From contig CM052816.1 of the NCBI GenBank assembly GCA_028534125.1, forward strand, positions 20,400,001 through 20,464,000: a DNA stretch of 64,000 bases, written 5' to 3'. The notes beneath the pieces were generated by a model. The model had not been told where the DNA came from, did no database searches, and saw only the letters and a program-made list of their open reading frames with translations. Made by a program: the position numbers and the translations under genes. Every line of letters begins with the position of its first letter. The stretch's first letter is position 1. This DNA comes from Lama glama. Its lineage: Eukaryota. Shown in pieces: positions 50,215 to 63,689 of this stretch.

Positions 50215-51195
50215 TGTACTAACTCATCCAATCAACAAATATTGATAGACTATACCTCAATTAAAAAAAACCCAAGTATTTATAGATCTATTGCCACACT
50301 AGTCTAGGGATTGAGGACATAATAATGAACCAAATGGATAAACGACCAGCCCTTGTGGAGTTTACATTTCAATGGGGATAGAGAGACAAAAGCAAAATAT
50401 AAAGTATGTTGAACGAAAATAAGTGCAATGGGAGAAAAATAAAGCAGAGGAAAGGGACAGGTCATGCTGGGGTGGAGGGGGGAGTTGAGGTTTTAAGTAG
50501 GCGGGTCAGGAAAGGCCTCATGGAGAAGCAGAGCCCTGTGGAGCAGGGAGCCCAGTGGCTGTCCGGGGAGGTGTCCTCAGGCAAGAGTGTGCCTGGAGTT
50601 GTCCACCAGGCCAGCGTGGCTGCAGCAGAGTGAACCCGGGGCAGAGAAGGCAGACACAAGTCGGAGAGATAATGCGCTGATTGTGTAGGGCTTATCGGTT
50701 CTGATGAGGACTTGGGGTTTTCGTTGGAGTGAAATGAGAGGTCATTGGAGGAGGGGGTTAAGAAGAGGAGTGACATGGTCCAACTGGTATTTAAGAGGAA
50801 GCTCTGCTGGGTTGCGGGGAGGGAGAGCAGGAGCTCATGAGGCAGCTGGGAGTTGGTGGTGGCCTGTGCCCTGCTAGGGTGGCTGTAAAGGCAGTGACAC
50901 CGTCTGGTTTTGGATCTGTTGAGAATGTGAAGCTAAAAAGATTTGCTGATAGATTGGATTACGATGTGGTAGAAAGAAGACAAGCCAAGGATGACTCCAG
51001 GGTTTTGGACTGAGCTGAAAGGATCTGAAAGAATGGAGCCTCCGTTATTGGATCTAAGGAAGATTGAGTGGAGCAGCTTTCGAGTAAGAAAAGTCAAGAA
51101 TCAAATTTGAGCTCATTAAGTTTGAGATGACTTCAAGTGGATGTGCTCAGGGTGCTTGATACAGGAGCCTGGAATTCAGAAGGGAAGAGGAGTAG
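50215..51195 (-). mobile_element. L2a LINE (about 1 kb)
   Basis: tcaacaaatatt tail; gcccttgtggagtttacatt; ggtcaggaaaggcctca; aggccagcgtggctgcagcagagtga; gatttgctgatagattggat; caaggatgactccagggtttt. Confidence 0.88.
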
Positions 51196-52980
51196 GACTA
51201 TTTTCACTCTTTGTTTCTGCAAACTCAGGAAGGAGGAGCCAGGGGACTTTCAAGGAGCTGGTAGTGTTCCAGGTCCACATGCTTCCCCATATACAAACAA
51301 CAGGCATTTGTCTTTCAGTCTTTTCAGACTAATTGTAGGAGCAGTTGGCTTACTTCACATCGGGACCACCATTACTAAGCATATATACATTGTGCTCTCT
51401 GGAGGCTATCTTGTCTTCTCTGACCATAGGAGTCCTATTGAATTTTAGTCGCTCACTCCCTTGGGGAACTCTGATCCTCAGAGTACATCATGTATATGAC
51501 TCATTATTGAAGCCTCCTGAAACCAATGAATCCTCACTTTCTAACTGCTTTTAAATATAAAATATCAGGTGACTGCTTTCCACTCCAACTTAGATGTAAA
51601 GAACAGATGGGATGGCAGTATGATGTTTATGGTCTCCTTCTAATGATTTTTTTAAAAAGAGTAAAATAGACAAGAGATCAGTAAAGCACCAGTAGAAGAA
51701 CCACTTATGCCTTTTCCCTTCACCGATGATGGTGCAATCAATAAGATGTTCTAATGTCTGGAGTCTTTTGTTTTTAAATGTATTATATATATTTTTTAAC
51801 ATATAAAACTAACCTTTTGGTAAAAAAGGCAGTGCTCTCCATCTCCTAGGGGAAGTCTGTTTTCAGGCTGCTTGCTGTGGAATATGAGCTGCTCTCTGGA
51901 AAGGATCAGCCAAAGAAAGGTAGCGGAACAGGGTATGAGGACCCCTGTGTACAGTTCTTTCCTCAGTAGCGTGTCTGACATATCACACATCTCAGCCGAT
52001 GTCATCTGTGTCAGGCCCTCCCAGCTGGTGGTGTTCCAGAGGATTTGTATTGCTACTTGCAGAAATCAATGAGTGGACTTCTACTTTAGGGAAATGGAGC
52101 AGACGGATTTCCCCCTATTCGTCCCACTAAGTTCAACTAGAAACCCTAGACATTATAAACATAGTAAGACTCTGAAAGGTGAAGAGAAAAGGTAGACCTA
52201 GTAAGGACTTCAGGATCCAAGGAATGTCACAGTGGTGAGTCGCCTGGGTTTACTTTTTGCCTTATATGTGCCAGACTTGGCGGTAAGAAGCCAGCAACCT
52301 GGAAATGTCACCAAGTACAGACAAAAGAACCCCAACAAAAGCCTGCATTCTCTAGCCGACAGACCAGGAAAGGGTCAGCCTAGCAAGACAGAGCACTTTT
52401 AGACAATAACCAATCTACTCTAGGCACACTCCACAGGAAAAAACAATTGCTCCATCCATACACACATCAATAAAGGCCAAGAGGGAAGCCTAGATTTCCA
52501 CCCTTGCTAGACTGTAGTGAGGTTCCTCAGAGTCCTTACCAAAATGGTGTTAGAGACAGTCAAGTAAGGAACCTGGGCTTCCACCCTTACCAACAGGAAC
52601 AAGGAGCCCCTCCCTTTTCTTGCTGAGGTGGTGCCAGGAGAGGCCCAATAGAGTCACAACTCTCACCACTACCCCTCTTGGTAGCAAGGCCACTCTCCCT
52701 CCATTTCCCACAACCCCATGGTGTCAGTGGAGGCCATTTGGTGAGTAGTAATGAGGCACTCCTTTCCTTCTCCCCCAAGGAGGTGTCAGTGAAAGCTTTG
52801 TAGGAAGATAGAACTGCCACCCCTGCGTAGCCGCAACAAGGAGTCCCCATCCCCCTAGGGAGCTGAGTAGAGAACCTGGACTTCTGCTGCCACTTGGCAG
52901 TAACAGGATGGCACCTCTCCTCCCTCTGTAGCAGCAATGTCAGAGGAATCTGGCTAAAACAGATTTCAATAAGATCTAAG

Positions 52981-53095
52981 TGTGTTAATTAGCTAGATTG
53001 TGGTAATCGTATGTCAAATCATCACATTGTATGGTTTAAAAATATAGTATTTTATTTGTCAGTTATACCTCAATAAGTCTGAAAACAAATAAACA
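52981..53095 (+). mobile_element. Short L1MA-type 3' end nested in the L1MD 5' region
   Basis: tgtgttaattagctagattgtggtaatc..tcaaatcatcacattgta..tttatttgtcagttatacctcaataa. Flanking repeats aataagatct (52968-52977) / aataagatcc (53096-53105). Confidence 0.8.
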
Positions 53096-55291
53096 AATAA
53101 GATCCAGAGTCTTCAAACATAATATCTAAAATGTCCAGGATTCATTAACAAATCTTTCATCATACAAAGAGACAGGAAGATCTCAAACTATGAAAACAAA
53201 TTATAAATGCTTCACTGAGATGAATGAGATGTTAGAATTATCTGATAAGATTTTAAAGCAGGCATCTTCACAATACTTTAGTAAGCAATTATGAACACAC
53301 TTGAGACGAAAAGATAGAAATCCTCAACAAAGAAATAGAAGATGTAAAGAAAATTTTAAAGCTGATAAGTACAGTAACTGAAACAAATTTAATGGATGGA
53401 CTCAATAGCAGAATGGAGGGGATAGAAGAAATAATTTGTGTAACTTGATAGAACAGTAGATTTCCCAATGTGAACAACATAGAGAAAAATAGGCTGAAAT
53501 TAGCAGAGTATCAGGAGCCTATGGGACTATGACAACAGCTCTAACATTTTTGTTACAAGAGTCCTGGAAGGAGAGGAGAAAGAGAGCAGGACTGAAGAAG
53601 TGCTCAAAGAAATGATGGTGTAAAGCCAAATCAGGTAAAAGACCTAATTTATAGATTCAAGGAGGTTAGCAACTACAAGTAGGGTAAACCCAGATAAATC
53701 CACACCAAGACACATCATAGCCAAACTTCTGAAAACTAAATACAAATCAAAAATCTTGAAAGCAGCAGCAAGAGAGAAATTACACTTTATCTATATGGCA
53801 AAAACAATTTGAATTACAGGGCTTTTCCATCAGAGATTATAGAGGTCAGAAAGAAGTGGCACAACATTTTCGAACTAATAGGGAAAAAACCTGTCATCCT
53901 CAAATATTATATCTAGAGAAAATATCTTTAAGGAATGAAAGAATAACCAAGGTATTCTTATGAAAAGGAAAGCTAAGAGAATTTGTCTCCAGAAAAACTG
54001 CTCTAAAAGAATATCTGAAGTAAATTTTCAAAAAAGAAAGAAAATAACAAAAAGGCATCTTAGAACATCAGAAAGGAAGAATGTGGTATGAACAAAAATG
54101 CGGCTGAATACAACAATTTTTCTTCTCCTCTTGGGTTTTCTAAATTATGTTTGATGTTTGAAGCAAAATTGTAACACTGTCTGATATGGTTCTAAAAGTG
54201 TATGGAGAAAAGATTTAAGACAATATAAATGGATGGGTAATGGGATGTAAAGGAAGGTAATGTTTCTATACTTGAAGTAGTAAGATTATGAAGCCAGTAG
54301 AATACAATGTTATATAGAGATGATATAATACTTAGAGCAGCCCCTAAAAATCTCTATGTATGAAGAGACACACCAAAAAATGCTACAGATAAGTCAAAGT
54401 GGAATTCTAAAATATGTGTGAGTAACTCATAAAGAGGCAGGAAAAAGAAAACAGAAATGGAAAACCAAGAGAACAGACAGGCAGCAAAAATTAAAGTGAT
54501 AGCCTCAAGCATTAATATGTCAACTAAGTGTAAATGGTCTAAATACAACAATTAAAAATAGATTTTCAGAGTGGAATAAAAAACATGCCATTTAGAAGAA
54601 ACTCACTTCAAATATAGGAAACATAAAGGAAAGTTGAATGTAAAAGGATGCATACATCAGTCAAAAGGAAGTCAGAGTGGCTATATTAATAGCAGATAAT
54701 GTAGACTTCAGAGCAAAGAAAATGTCTGAGACAGAGAGACATCATATGATGATAAAAGGGCCAGTCCACCAAGAAGAGAAAACAATCCTAAATGTGTACG
54801 CATCAAACAACAGAGCTGCAAAATATGTAAAGTAGAAACTAAGGACACTGAAAGAAAAAACAGACACAATTATAGCTGGAGATGTAAACAGCCCCCTCTG
54901 AATAATTGATAGAACAAGTAAACAGAAAATCAGCAAGACAGAAAACTCAACATCATTAACCAACATGATCTAATCAACATTTAGAGGAAACTCTACCCAA
55001 CAACAGCAGAATACACATTGTTTTCAAGTATGTACAGAACATATACAAAGACCATATCCTGGGCCAAATTGAAAGTATATACAAAATCATTATCAAAGTT
55101 ATGTGGAAAGATAAAGGACTGAGAACAGCTAAAACAATTTTGAAAAAAGAACAGAATGTGAGGAAACACTTCCCAATTTTAAGACATATAGCTACAGTAA
55201 TCAAGACTGTGTAATATTAGTAGAGAAACAGACACATAGATCAATAGAACAGACTAGAGAATCCAGAAATAGACCTTCAAAATGTGACTAA

Positions 55292-56468
55292 TTATTTTAT
55301 TTCATTGTTATTGAGATAAAATTCATATAACATAAAATTAACCATTTGAGAATGAAACCAATCAGTGGCATTTAGTACATTTGTAATGTTCTGCAACCAC
55401 CACCTCCATCTAGTTCCAAAACATTTTCATCATTCCAAAATAAAACCCCATACCCATTAAGTAATTACTTCTCACTCTTCCCTCCAACCACCAATTTGCT
55501 TTATGGATTTACTTATTCTGAATATTTCATGTAAATAGAATCAGACAACATGTGACATTTTGTGTCTGGCTTCTTTGCCTTAACACATTGTCTTTGAGGT
55601 TCATCCATATTGTAGCATGTATCAGTACTTCATTCCTTTTTATCACTGAATAATATTCCATTGCATGCACTTTCCACAAGTTGTTTATCCATTTATCTGT
55701 TAATAGGGTTGTTTATAAGTTTTTGCTGTTGTCAGTAGTGCTGCTTTGAACATTCATGTACAAGTCTTTGTTTGAGAGCTAGTTTACAGTTATTTTGGGT
55801 ATATACTTAGAAGCAGAATTGCTAGGTCATGTAGTCATTCTATGTTTAATTTTTTGAGGAACTGCTATACTGTTTTCCGTAGCAACTGAACCACTTTACA
55901 TTTCCACCAACAATGTACAAGGTTTCCAGTTATCCATGTCCTTACCAATACTTGTTGTTTTCCTTAAAAAAAAAATCATTATAGGCATGTTAGTGGGCAC
56001 AAAGTAGTATCTAATTTTGATTTTGATTTGCATTTCTTTAATGGCTAAGATAGTTGAGCATCTTTTCATATGCTTTTTGGCTTATTATATATCTTCTCTA
56101 GAGAAATGTCTATTCAAGTTCTTTGTGAATTTTTAATTGGGATGTTTGTCTTTCTATTGAGTTGTAAGTGTTGTTTATACATTTTGAATATTAGTCTCTT
56201 ATCAGATTATATGATTTAAAAATATTTTTTCCATTCTGCAGATTATCTTTTCACTTTCTTGATAATGTTCTTTGATGCACAAAAGTTTTTAATTTAGGTA
56301 AAATCTAATCTGTTTTTTTCTAATCTTATCTGGATTTTTTTCTTTTGTTACTCATGCTTTTGACATCATATCTAAGAATCCATTGCCAAATCCAAAGATA
56401 TGAAAATTTACCCCTATGTTTTCTTCTTACACTTTGTGGTTTTAGCTATTATATTTAGGTTGTTGATC
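55292..56468 (-). mobile_element. L1MB-type 3' fragment nested antisense in the L1MD
   Basis: ttattgagataaaattcatataacataaaattaaccatt..tcagtggcatttagtacatt..caaccaccacctccatctagttccaaaacattttcatc..tttttgaggaactgc..gttgagcatcttttcat. Confidence 0.9.
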
Positions 56469-58029
56469 AAGAGCCACGTGAGGGATCCTCCTGGTGGTAG
56501 AAAGTTTCTGTATCTTGACTGCGTCAATGTCAATATTCTGGTTGTGATATTGTACGATAGTTTTGCAAGGTGTTATGGTTGGAGGAAACCAGGTAAAGGA
56601 TATACGTGATCGCCGTATGTTATTTCTTACACCTGTAGGTGAATCTCCAATTATCTTAAAATAAACGGTTTAATTAAAAAACCAACAAGTGCTACATTAT
56701 TTAATTTTTTCCATGTATAATAAAACACTGCAAGCCTGTGTGCGACAAGTGAGCACACACGTTTGTTAGGGAGAGGTCAGATGAGGACACTCAGGATTCC
56801 ATCATTCAGTTTCTCTCTTGGCTGAACAGCACTGACTGCTGGGATGGTCGAGATCATTACATTTTAAATTGCTTTTCTTCTTGGTGAAATATGTTTGATT
56901 TGTTCCCATAATAGATCGTGTTTAAAGACTAGAAACATAAGGAACCCGATGATGAAATACAAGATAATTAAGAGCAAAAAATGGTAAGACTATAATCCTA
57001 CTTCAAAATTACCTTCCCCAATCTGTAGATTGCATTCATCTGATAACAAAATCCTTATATAGAACATCAAGATGTCTCTGGTACTTCAAAAACTGTTAAG
57101 AAGAGAAAATAGAGTGACAATTATATCCAATTTGGCTTTTCATTTATTGAGAATAAAGGGTCTATCCATACCCACAATGTGTTATTTGCAGAGTGCTTGC
57201 AAATAGCGGCCTGAAATCTGTCCCCTCCTGTCATTTATAAACAAAACATAGAAATTATAAAAATAAGTCAGTGGCGTTTTTAGCATAAAATCCCATAATT
57301 TCAGACATGAATTCTTGGAAAACAGTTTTTGCTTGTACTGGTGCTGTGTCATGGAGTTAAATCCCAAAATATTTGTAGTATACGTCCAGTCCCCAAACCA
57401 GATTTGACACTATATTTTAGTATATTTATTTAGTATAATTTAGGAAATTATGCTTTCTCATATAATTTAAAGAAAGGGAAACATGCATTTGCTGTTAAAT
57501 GATGCGAAGTAGAAATCTGTAGTGACTCTATATTATGAATATTATTAATGAATGCATTAAAACAAACTGTAGAATATAGTATTTAAATGATACTCTTAAG
57601 TGATTTGTTTGAAAGTTCACATCACTTCTTTGTCACATACCACAAAATAACCAGTTTAAAATTTTTGAAGAGGATTGTAGTGAAAGGCGTTTGCAAGTCA
57701 CACACGGCTAGGCTGTGCCGTGGGTGTGCATGCATTTGTCAGCTTTAAAGCATCCTGTACACACCAGCTGTTAGGCTCCCACTGGCACTTCTCTAGGGCA
57801 TTTAGGAAATGAGGGTCCTGGTTAATGACATGTACTCCATAACTGAAAATTCCCCTATGTCTGAGCACTGGACTGGTATCCAGATATTTCAGCCTTCGAC
57901 TAGCCTGGGGTTCTAGGACAAATAAAGAAGGATGGTGACAATATTAATAGACACGTGCCTCCCATGGTGAGTGTCTAAAGCCAGTCAAATAATGCATCAG
58001 GTTTTTATTTACATTTAGCTTCTTTCTCA

Positions 58030-58495
58030 TTTGGTATGTTTTTCACTCTGCATAACAGAAAACCCCAAGTTGATTGATTGAAGTCACGAGGAAACTGGAA
58101 ATCCCGAGGTAGGGCAGCTTCAGAGTTGTTTATTTCAGCAGCTCATTTCAGCAGGTCATGAAGGTCCTAGGTTCCTTTCCCTGTTCTTCTGTCATTCTTG
58201 GGTCAGCTCAGCTGCTCTTGGGGTCATGTGATGGTGATCATGAGTCTAGGGATCCCCTGAAGTTGATGGGGGTATCAAGAGAGAAAAGAAGCACCATCTC
58301 CTCCTGTGCATCTCATCTTCCCAGCTGACTTCTTCTCACCTCTTCTTGCCCAAACCTGAATCCCCCACTCACCCCTTAGCCAGTTCCCAGCAAGAAGAAT
58401 GGAAGCTCCATGGTCTGCTTAGGCTGTGCTGAACAGAACGGACATAGCATAGGCAGAGAAGAAGAGGGAGAGACGCCGTGTTTGGTTCTGCTATG
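58030..58495 (-). mobile_element. Old MaLR LTR (MLT1K/L-like)
   Basis: taacagaaaacccc..cccgaggtagggcagcttcag..ttcagcagctca..cctaggttcctttcc..cagctgacttcttctcacctc. Confidence 0.55.
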
Positions 58496-58639
58496 ACAAG
58501 GGTTCGTGATGAGGACAATTAAGTAAATACACCAGTAGGTTCAGAACAAAAGGTTCTCCAGGCACCAATTTGTAGAAGGTGAATTCTGAGATCTGTATTG
58601 GCTGCTACACACAATTCCACTGTGTGCAGCTGATGCAGA

Positions 58640-58880
58640 ATTGCACAGTGACTGTGAGGGCTGGCTCCGAGTCACATCCTAGCTCTGCCATTTGCCAGAC
58701 GAACTGCCTTAGGTCAGCTGTGTAACTTCCCTGGGCTTAATTTATAAAATGAGGACCTAACAGCATTGCTGTGAGGATGAGGTGAAACAGTACGTGTGAA
58801 GGGTTAGGCCTAGTGCCCAGTGTCTAGTCAGCAGTCAGTGAACCAGTTCAATGCAGGTGTGATGCAGTGATAATGATAAC
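58640..58880 (+). mobile_element. MIR SINE
   Basis: atcctagctctgccatttgccag..ataaaatgagg..ttgctgtgaggatgaggtgaaac..tagtgcccag. Confidence 0.65.
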
Positions 58881-58899
58881 AAACTAGACATAACAAGGT

Positions 58900-59335
58900 A
58901 CCTCTCAACAGCTGAACAGCTGTCTTCCCTGCTTTCACTCTTCCCACCAGCCACTATCCCCTCCACCCATCTATTCCCCTTACAGCATCCAGAGTGATCT
59001 ATTAAAGACATATAGTAGATCATGTCATTCTCATGGCTCCCATTACATCTAAGATCAGATCTCAGGTCCTGACTCACCACAGCCCCTCGGGCCCGATGTG
59101 GTCTGGCCCTTGCCTGGCGCTCTGACTTCAACAGCTCCACCCGGATCCCACTGCTCTGTTGGCCTGAATCACATCAGGCCAGTTCCTACATCACATTTTT
59201 TTATGCCTGTTGTGCCTTCAGCCTGAACACTCTCCCTACTAGATCTTCTCAGATCTTGTCCCCTCATTTATTCATGTCTGTGCTCTAAGCACCTCCTCAG
59301 AGAGAACTTTGTCAGCTGCCCTCTTAAAAACAGTC
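58900..59335 (+). mobile_element. L2 fragment
   Basis: cagcatccagagtgatctattaaa..gatcatgtcattctcatggctcccatt..ccttcagcctgaacactctcc..cacctcctcagagaga. Confidence 0.7.
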
Positions 59336-59359
59336 ACCGCTTTGACTTCCAGTTACTCC

Positions 59360-59860
59360 TGCTATTAGTCTGGATTGTCTACAAAACAACCTGAGGTGAA
59401 AGTTTATGTACTAACACTATCGAGGAGGAGTACTGTCCCAGGGAAGCCAGAACAAGGAAGAAGAAAGAACAAGTGCTGAACGGGCTTGAGCTTTGTAATC
59501 AGTGTAGCTGAGGGCTTGGTCCGCAGGGATGTCCTGAGACGGGAGCCAGGGAGCTCTGCATCTCTGTCCAGACCATCCAGGGAAGGAAGAGAGAATTGAT
59601 CTGCTGGCTCCCTCTTGGACCCCATCACTGGTCAAGTCCACCCCTCAGGCAGGAACTCTCCCAGACCAACCTCTGTGATGTAGGGAGGAGCCCCTCCAGG
59701 CAGCCTTTGGGGAAGCCAGAGCCTCAGGGGTCTGGTCTGACCAGTGCATAGGCATGGAGGCCAGTGTCTCCTTGTCAGTTGGTAGCACACATGGGACTAG
59801 TGATCTGAGCTACTGATAGTAACAGCAGAGGGGTCTGGCACTAAGACTGTGCAAGTAGCA
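59360..59860 (-). mobile_element. Degenerate ERVL LTR (LTR16-group-like)
   Basis: tcccagggaagc..atctgctggctccc..catcactggtcaag..cacccc resemble antisense LTR16-group motifs. Confidence 0.4.
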
Positions 59861-62800
59861 TGGAACAGTTGATGGGTTTCCTCTGGCCAGGAGGCAAGGC
59901 AAGCAGCCAGAGCCCTGGTGGGGAAGGGGGTGGAGAGGTCAGCATGGTTGCTCAGATTTGGGTGGTATATAAACCAAGTCCAGCACCATCTTACACATCC
60001 TCATCTTGTGTAGTTCTGTCCATAACACTTAAGAGGACCTGCCAGAATACTGCATATTCATTTGAATGGCACAGATATTCTCAAGAATGGAATCTCCGTA
60101 AAGTAGGAGCTCATTTTTTCGAATGATCTGTTTCAGATTGTCATGCTGTTTATCTCTCTATACTAATGCGTGAAAAACAGGGTCGTGACAAAAACACTCC
60201 TTTTGAATAAAGAAGGTTGGCTCCTCCCTTGGTTCTCCTCCTACTGTGCTCCCTCTTTCATCTGGCTCCCCCTTCCTAGTACGAGTGATGCTTTGTGGCT
60301 TGGAGGCCGGGCCTTCTCATCCCAGATTCTCCCTGTGCACATGGAATTCTGAGAATAGCTCAGCTTCATTTCCTCTTGTTATCTGTGCCTTTCTGCGGCC
60401 CTTTGTGCCATCAATCTCAGCCCTGGGAGTTAGATGGGACTTTTGTCTCTGAAATAATACCGTGGTAAAGGGTTTTGTTGTTCACCTCCCTCTGCTCTCC
60501 CCATTCACAATTCCCTTTTCATTGCTGCATCTTCTCATCCATCCCACCGTCTTAATTAAAATTACTCTACACCACTTCTTCATGGCCTTGAAAAATTTCC
60601 TCAATCCGTTACCTCTAGAATGAATACCTTATCTCCATGCTGGCTACTTTTCTCCCTAAATCAGAGTTTAAAGCAGTGATTTCTGAGTATGATTTTAGGT
60701 CTGGAATTTTGAATTTGTCACCTCCATGGGCTTAATTTCTAGCTGACAGTGAATCATCACTTAAGACATCAGCATTAACATTAGACTTAAGGGAAACCTT
60801 TAACATCTCAGCTCTACATCAGAGTAGTCCTAACTTCCAGCAAAATAAAGGCACCAACTTGTAGAATTGAAAATGGCCCCAGAAGTTCATTGAATATGAC
60901 CATCTCCCACTCCACCCACTCCCAGCCTGCTTTTGATAGATAGGGAACAAGCCTAGAAAAGAGGGGACTCAATCAGACCCACACAGACAGAGAGGGGCAG
61001 AGGCAGGAGAGGGAGCAAGTCCTTATGCCTCTCCAAGTCCAAGGCTCTCCTAAGATCCAGACTGCTTCTTTAATCAACTGCATGGTTTGGTTTGAAGATT
61101 TACTAAGACATTTTTGGACAGGCAGCAGAACATTAAATTATGCAAGACACAGGAAGACAGTTCCCTGCCTATTCCCACCTTCTCACAGGACCTCCCAGTC
61201 TGGCTTCTAACTGGTATTTCTGGGCACTATCTGATCAGCCCAGGGTGCACCTGACCCATCGCTAGTGACAGGGTAACTTCCAGTAGAATCTGGAGAAGGT
61301 CCCCCACTTCCTTCTGACCCCCACAGCTATGTGTCATCTCTGGGTATATTGATATGCAGCTGCAATCTGAAATGACCTATAGAAGACACATTATTTGGCA
61401 GCAGTTTTGGGTCATATGGTTGTGTTTTTGGTAAGTTTAAAAATAGCAAAAAGTTTTAAAACTGGTAAAGTAAAATCCCCAATATATATTGGGGATTTTT
61501 AAACTTCTTGATCTTATTTAAAAAAACACACTGATAACTTTCTTTTGTGTATCTCTGAGTCTGCCTGCATAAATCACTCATCAATAACTTAGAGTGGGGG
61601 TTAGGGGCAGTAATCAGAATTTATGTTGCCTTTTAACTTGTTCCTTCAAGCTGACTGAATTGTATGATTTCAAAACTTAGCCAATTCTTTTTTTCCTAAG
61701 CATTATAGTTGGCTATAGAGAATCATCAGTATGCTTGCAAGTTCTGAAACAGGGTTTCAGGCAAATTCTGAAATTCTCTGTGTAAAATCTAGCCTATTTT
61801 CCAAGTTGGGGAGTATTATTAAACCAAGAATTGCCCTGAGAGGTGAAAGCACAGAGCAATTCAAAGAGGTGTCAAGGTCTGCTGCCATCTGATGCTGCTT
61901 CCCTGAAGGCTTGTTTTATTTCGTCATTCATACTTCACCTCTTTATTCCAAGGTGACTTTTAATTCCAGTCTTATTTTATGCACACTAGTCACAATAGCT
62001 CACTTCAGATGTTAGCATTATCTCTAAGGGATATTCCGTACATCTGATTTGCAGCAGCTACATGCCCCTCTTCTTTGGGAAGCAGAGGGAGTTTGTGGAA
62101 GTCCAGTGTCCGTTCTTTGCATTTAATGGAGCTATTTCTAATCTTGGTTGATCTACAGACCCTGATTTACATATGACCCTGAGTTACTAAACCCCCCTCC
62201 CCCCGCCCAAGGCCGGCCTTGGTTATGTAATAGGACCACTAGACTGAGTCAGGGAGTTTGTGCTCAAGGCTGAGAACAGAAACCGGCTTTTCCAAACACC
62301 TGACAGTCTGGGCAGGAAGCTGAAGCCAGCCCCTGGGCTCTGGGGCTCCATCTTGACCACCAACTTAAAATTAAATTTCAGGGGGAGGCTCAGCATGTTT
62401 CCAAAACTCCCTGCTTCCTTTTATGCCCTGTCTTTCTTTTTCCCCAAGACAGAAAGTGCCACTCCTTTCCTGACCCAGCTCAGAGAATCTGGCCTCAAGC
62501 CAGCCTTGGAGGTTCAGTCATGGGTGGCCTTGGCAAAGATTCATGGTCAATTCTGAGAGAGTATCATGCCTGCCAAGGCCAGGGGCACTGACGGTGGAGT
62601 AGACTTTATCCTTCTGAGCACAAATCATGGTATCTATGGGGGAAAGTCACAGCAGACCGAGACCTGGAAGTCACCCAGGTTTCTTACAAGTCCTTATTTT
62701 ACAGACCTGGAAACATACCAATAGCAGAGATATGACTGGCTTTGGGTTACAAGCTGTGCAGCAGTAGAGGGAGTGCTGGATCCCAGAATAAAACCTGTGT

Positions 62801-63689
62801 GAGGGCTGGGACCATGGTGGCCCATCCACTGCTGTCTCTCCAGCACCTAGTACAGTGGCTAGTAGATAGGAGGACCCAGTATTTTATCCGCTGGAGGAAA
62901 GAATAAATATAACACCTCTTCCTCCGTGTCAGCTTTTATTATTCTTCCCGTTCTCCTGATATTTAACTAACCGTAATCTCAGAAAAGGCCCTCTGCCCCT
63001 CCTCCAGGCCAGAAAAGATCACAGGGGCATTGACAAGACACTGTCCCCCTAAGCCAGAAAGTCACCTGGTGCTCACACAGCTAGAGCAGGAGACTTTCCC
63101 CCTGAAAGTTTCCTGCCCATCAGTTACTACCAGCTTGGACTGGCTAGAGTCTCCCTCCTAAATTTGATGCCGAATTGGAGCCACAATATAACCATTTGGG
63201 GGAGGGGGTGGCCCTATTTGTTACAAAGTTGTTTCCAGTTTATTTGGGCACCTAGACTGATCTTTAGGTCAATTAATAAAAACAAAATGATCACTGGGCT
63301 GTTGTCTCCAAGAGTTGTGGATATTCTTCTGAAGAGGGATCTAGAAAGGTTTGGGAGCCTCAGGTCTGGAGATAGGTCCTTGCTTCCTGTCTGGTTCTAA
63401 AGGAAAGGGGACACTCTCGTCACAGCTTGGCCAGGCTAGGCAAATGTCACCCTGCATGCCCAGGATTTTATAGGATTCTGCAGTGAGAGAGGGCAGATTC
63501 AGAAGAGAGAAATGAAAACTTCGTTTTTTCTCAGATTGTTGGCTCTCAGCGAGGGGGAGTGTCACTTGACTTCACCCCCAGGGACAGCTCTCTTGATGCG
63601 GGGTACTTGCTCGCCTGGGCTGCACAAGCTCTGACCCCTGATTAAGACCAGCAGCGCATCTTGAAAGCACAGCCTTGGGGAACCCCTCC

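Larger units (their letters stand above)
52076..56676 (+). mobile_element. L1MD-like element spanning 5'UTR, ORF1, ORF2 endonuclease and 3' end, with large internal deletions and nested L1s
   Basis: ORF1 remnant NPDKSTPRHIIAKLLKTKYKSKILKAA (about 53686-53768). ORF2 EN remnants VNGLNTTIK, LEETHFK and NVYASNN..IIAGDVNSPL (54520-54900). L1MD-type 3' end gagggatcct..ctgtatcttgactg..gaatctccaattatcttaaaataaa (56470-56676). Confidence 0.85.
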
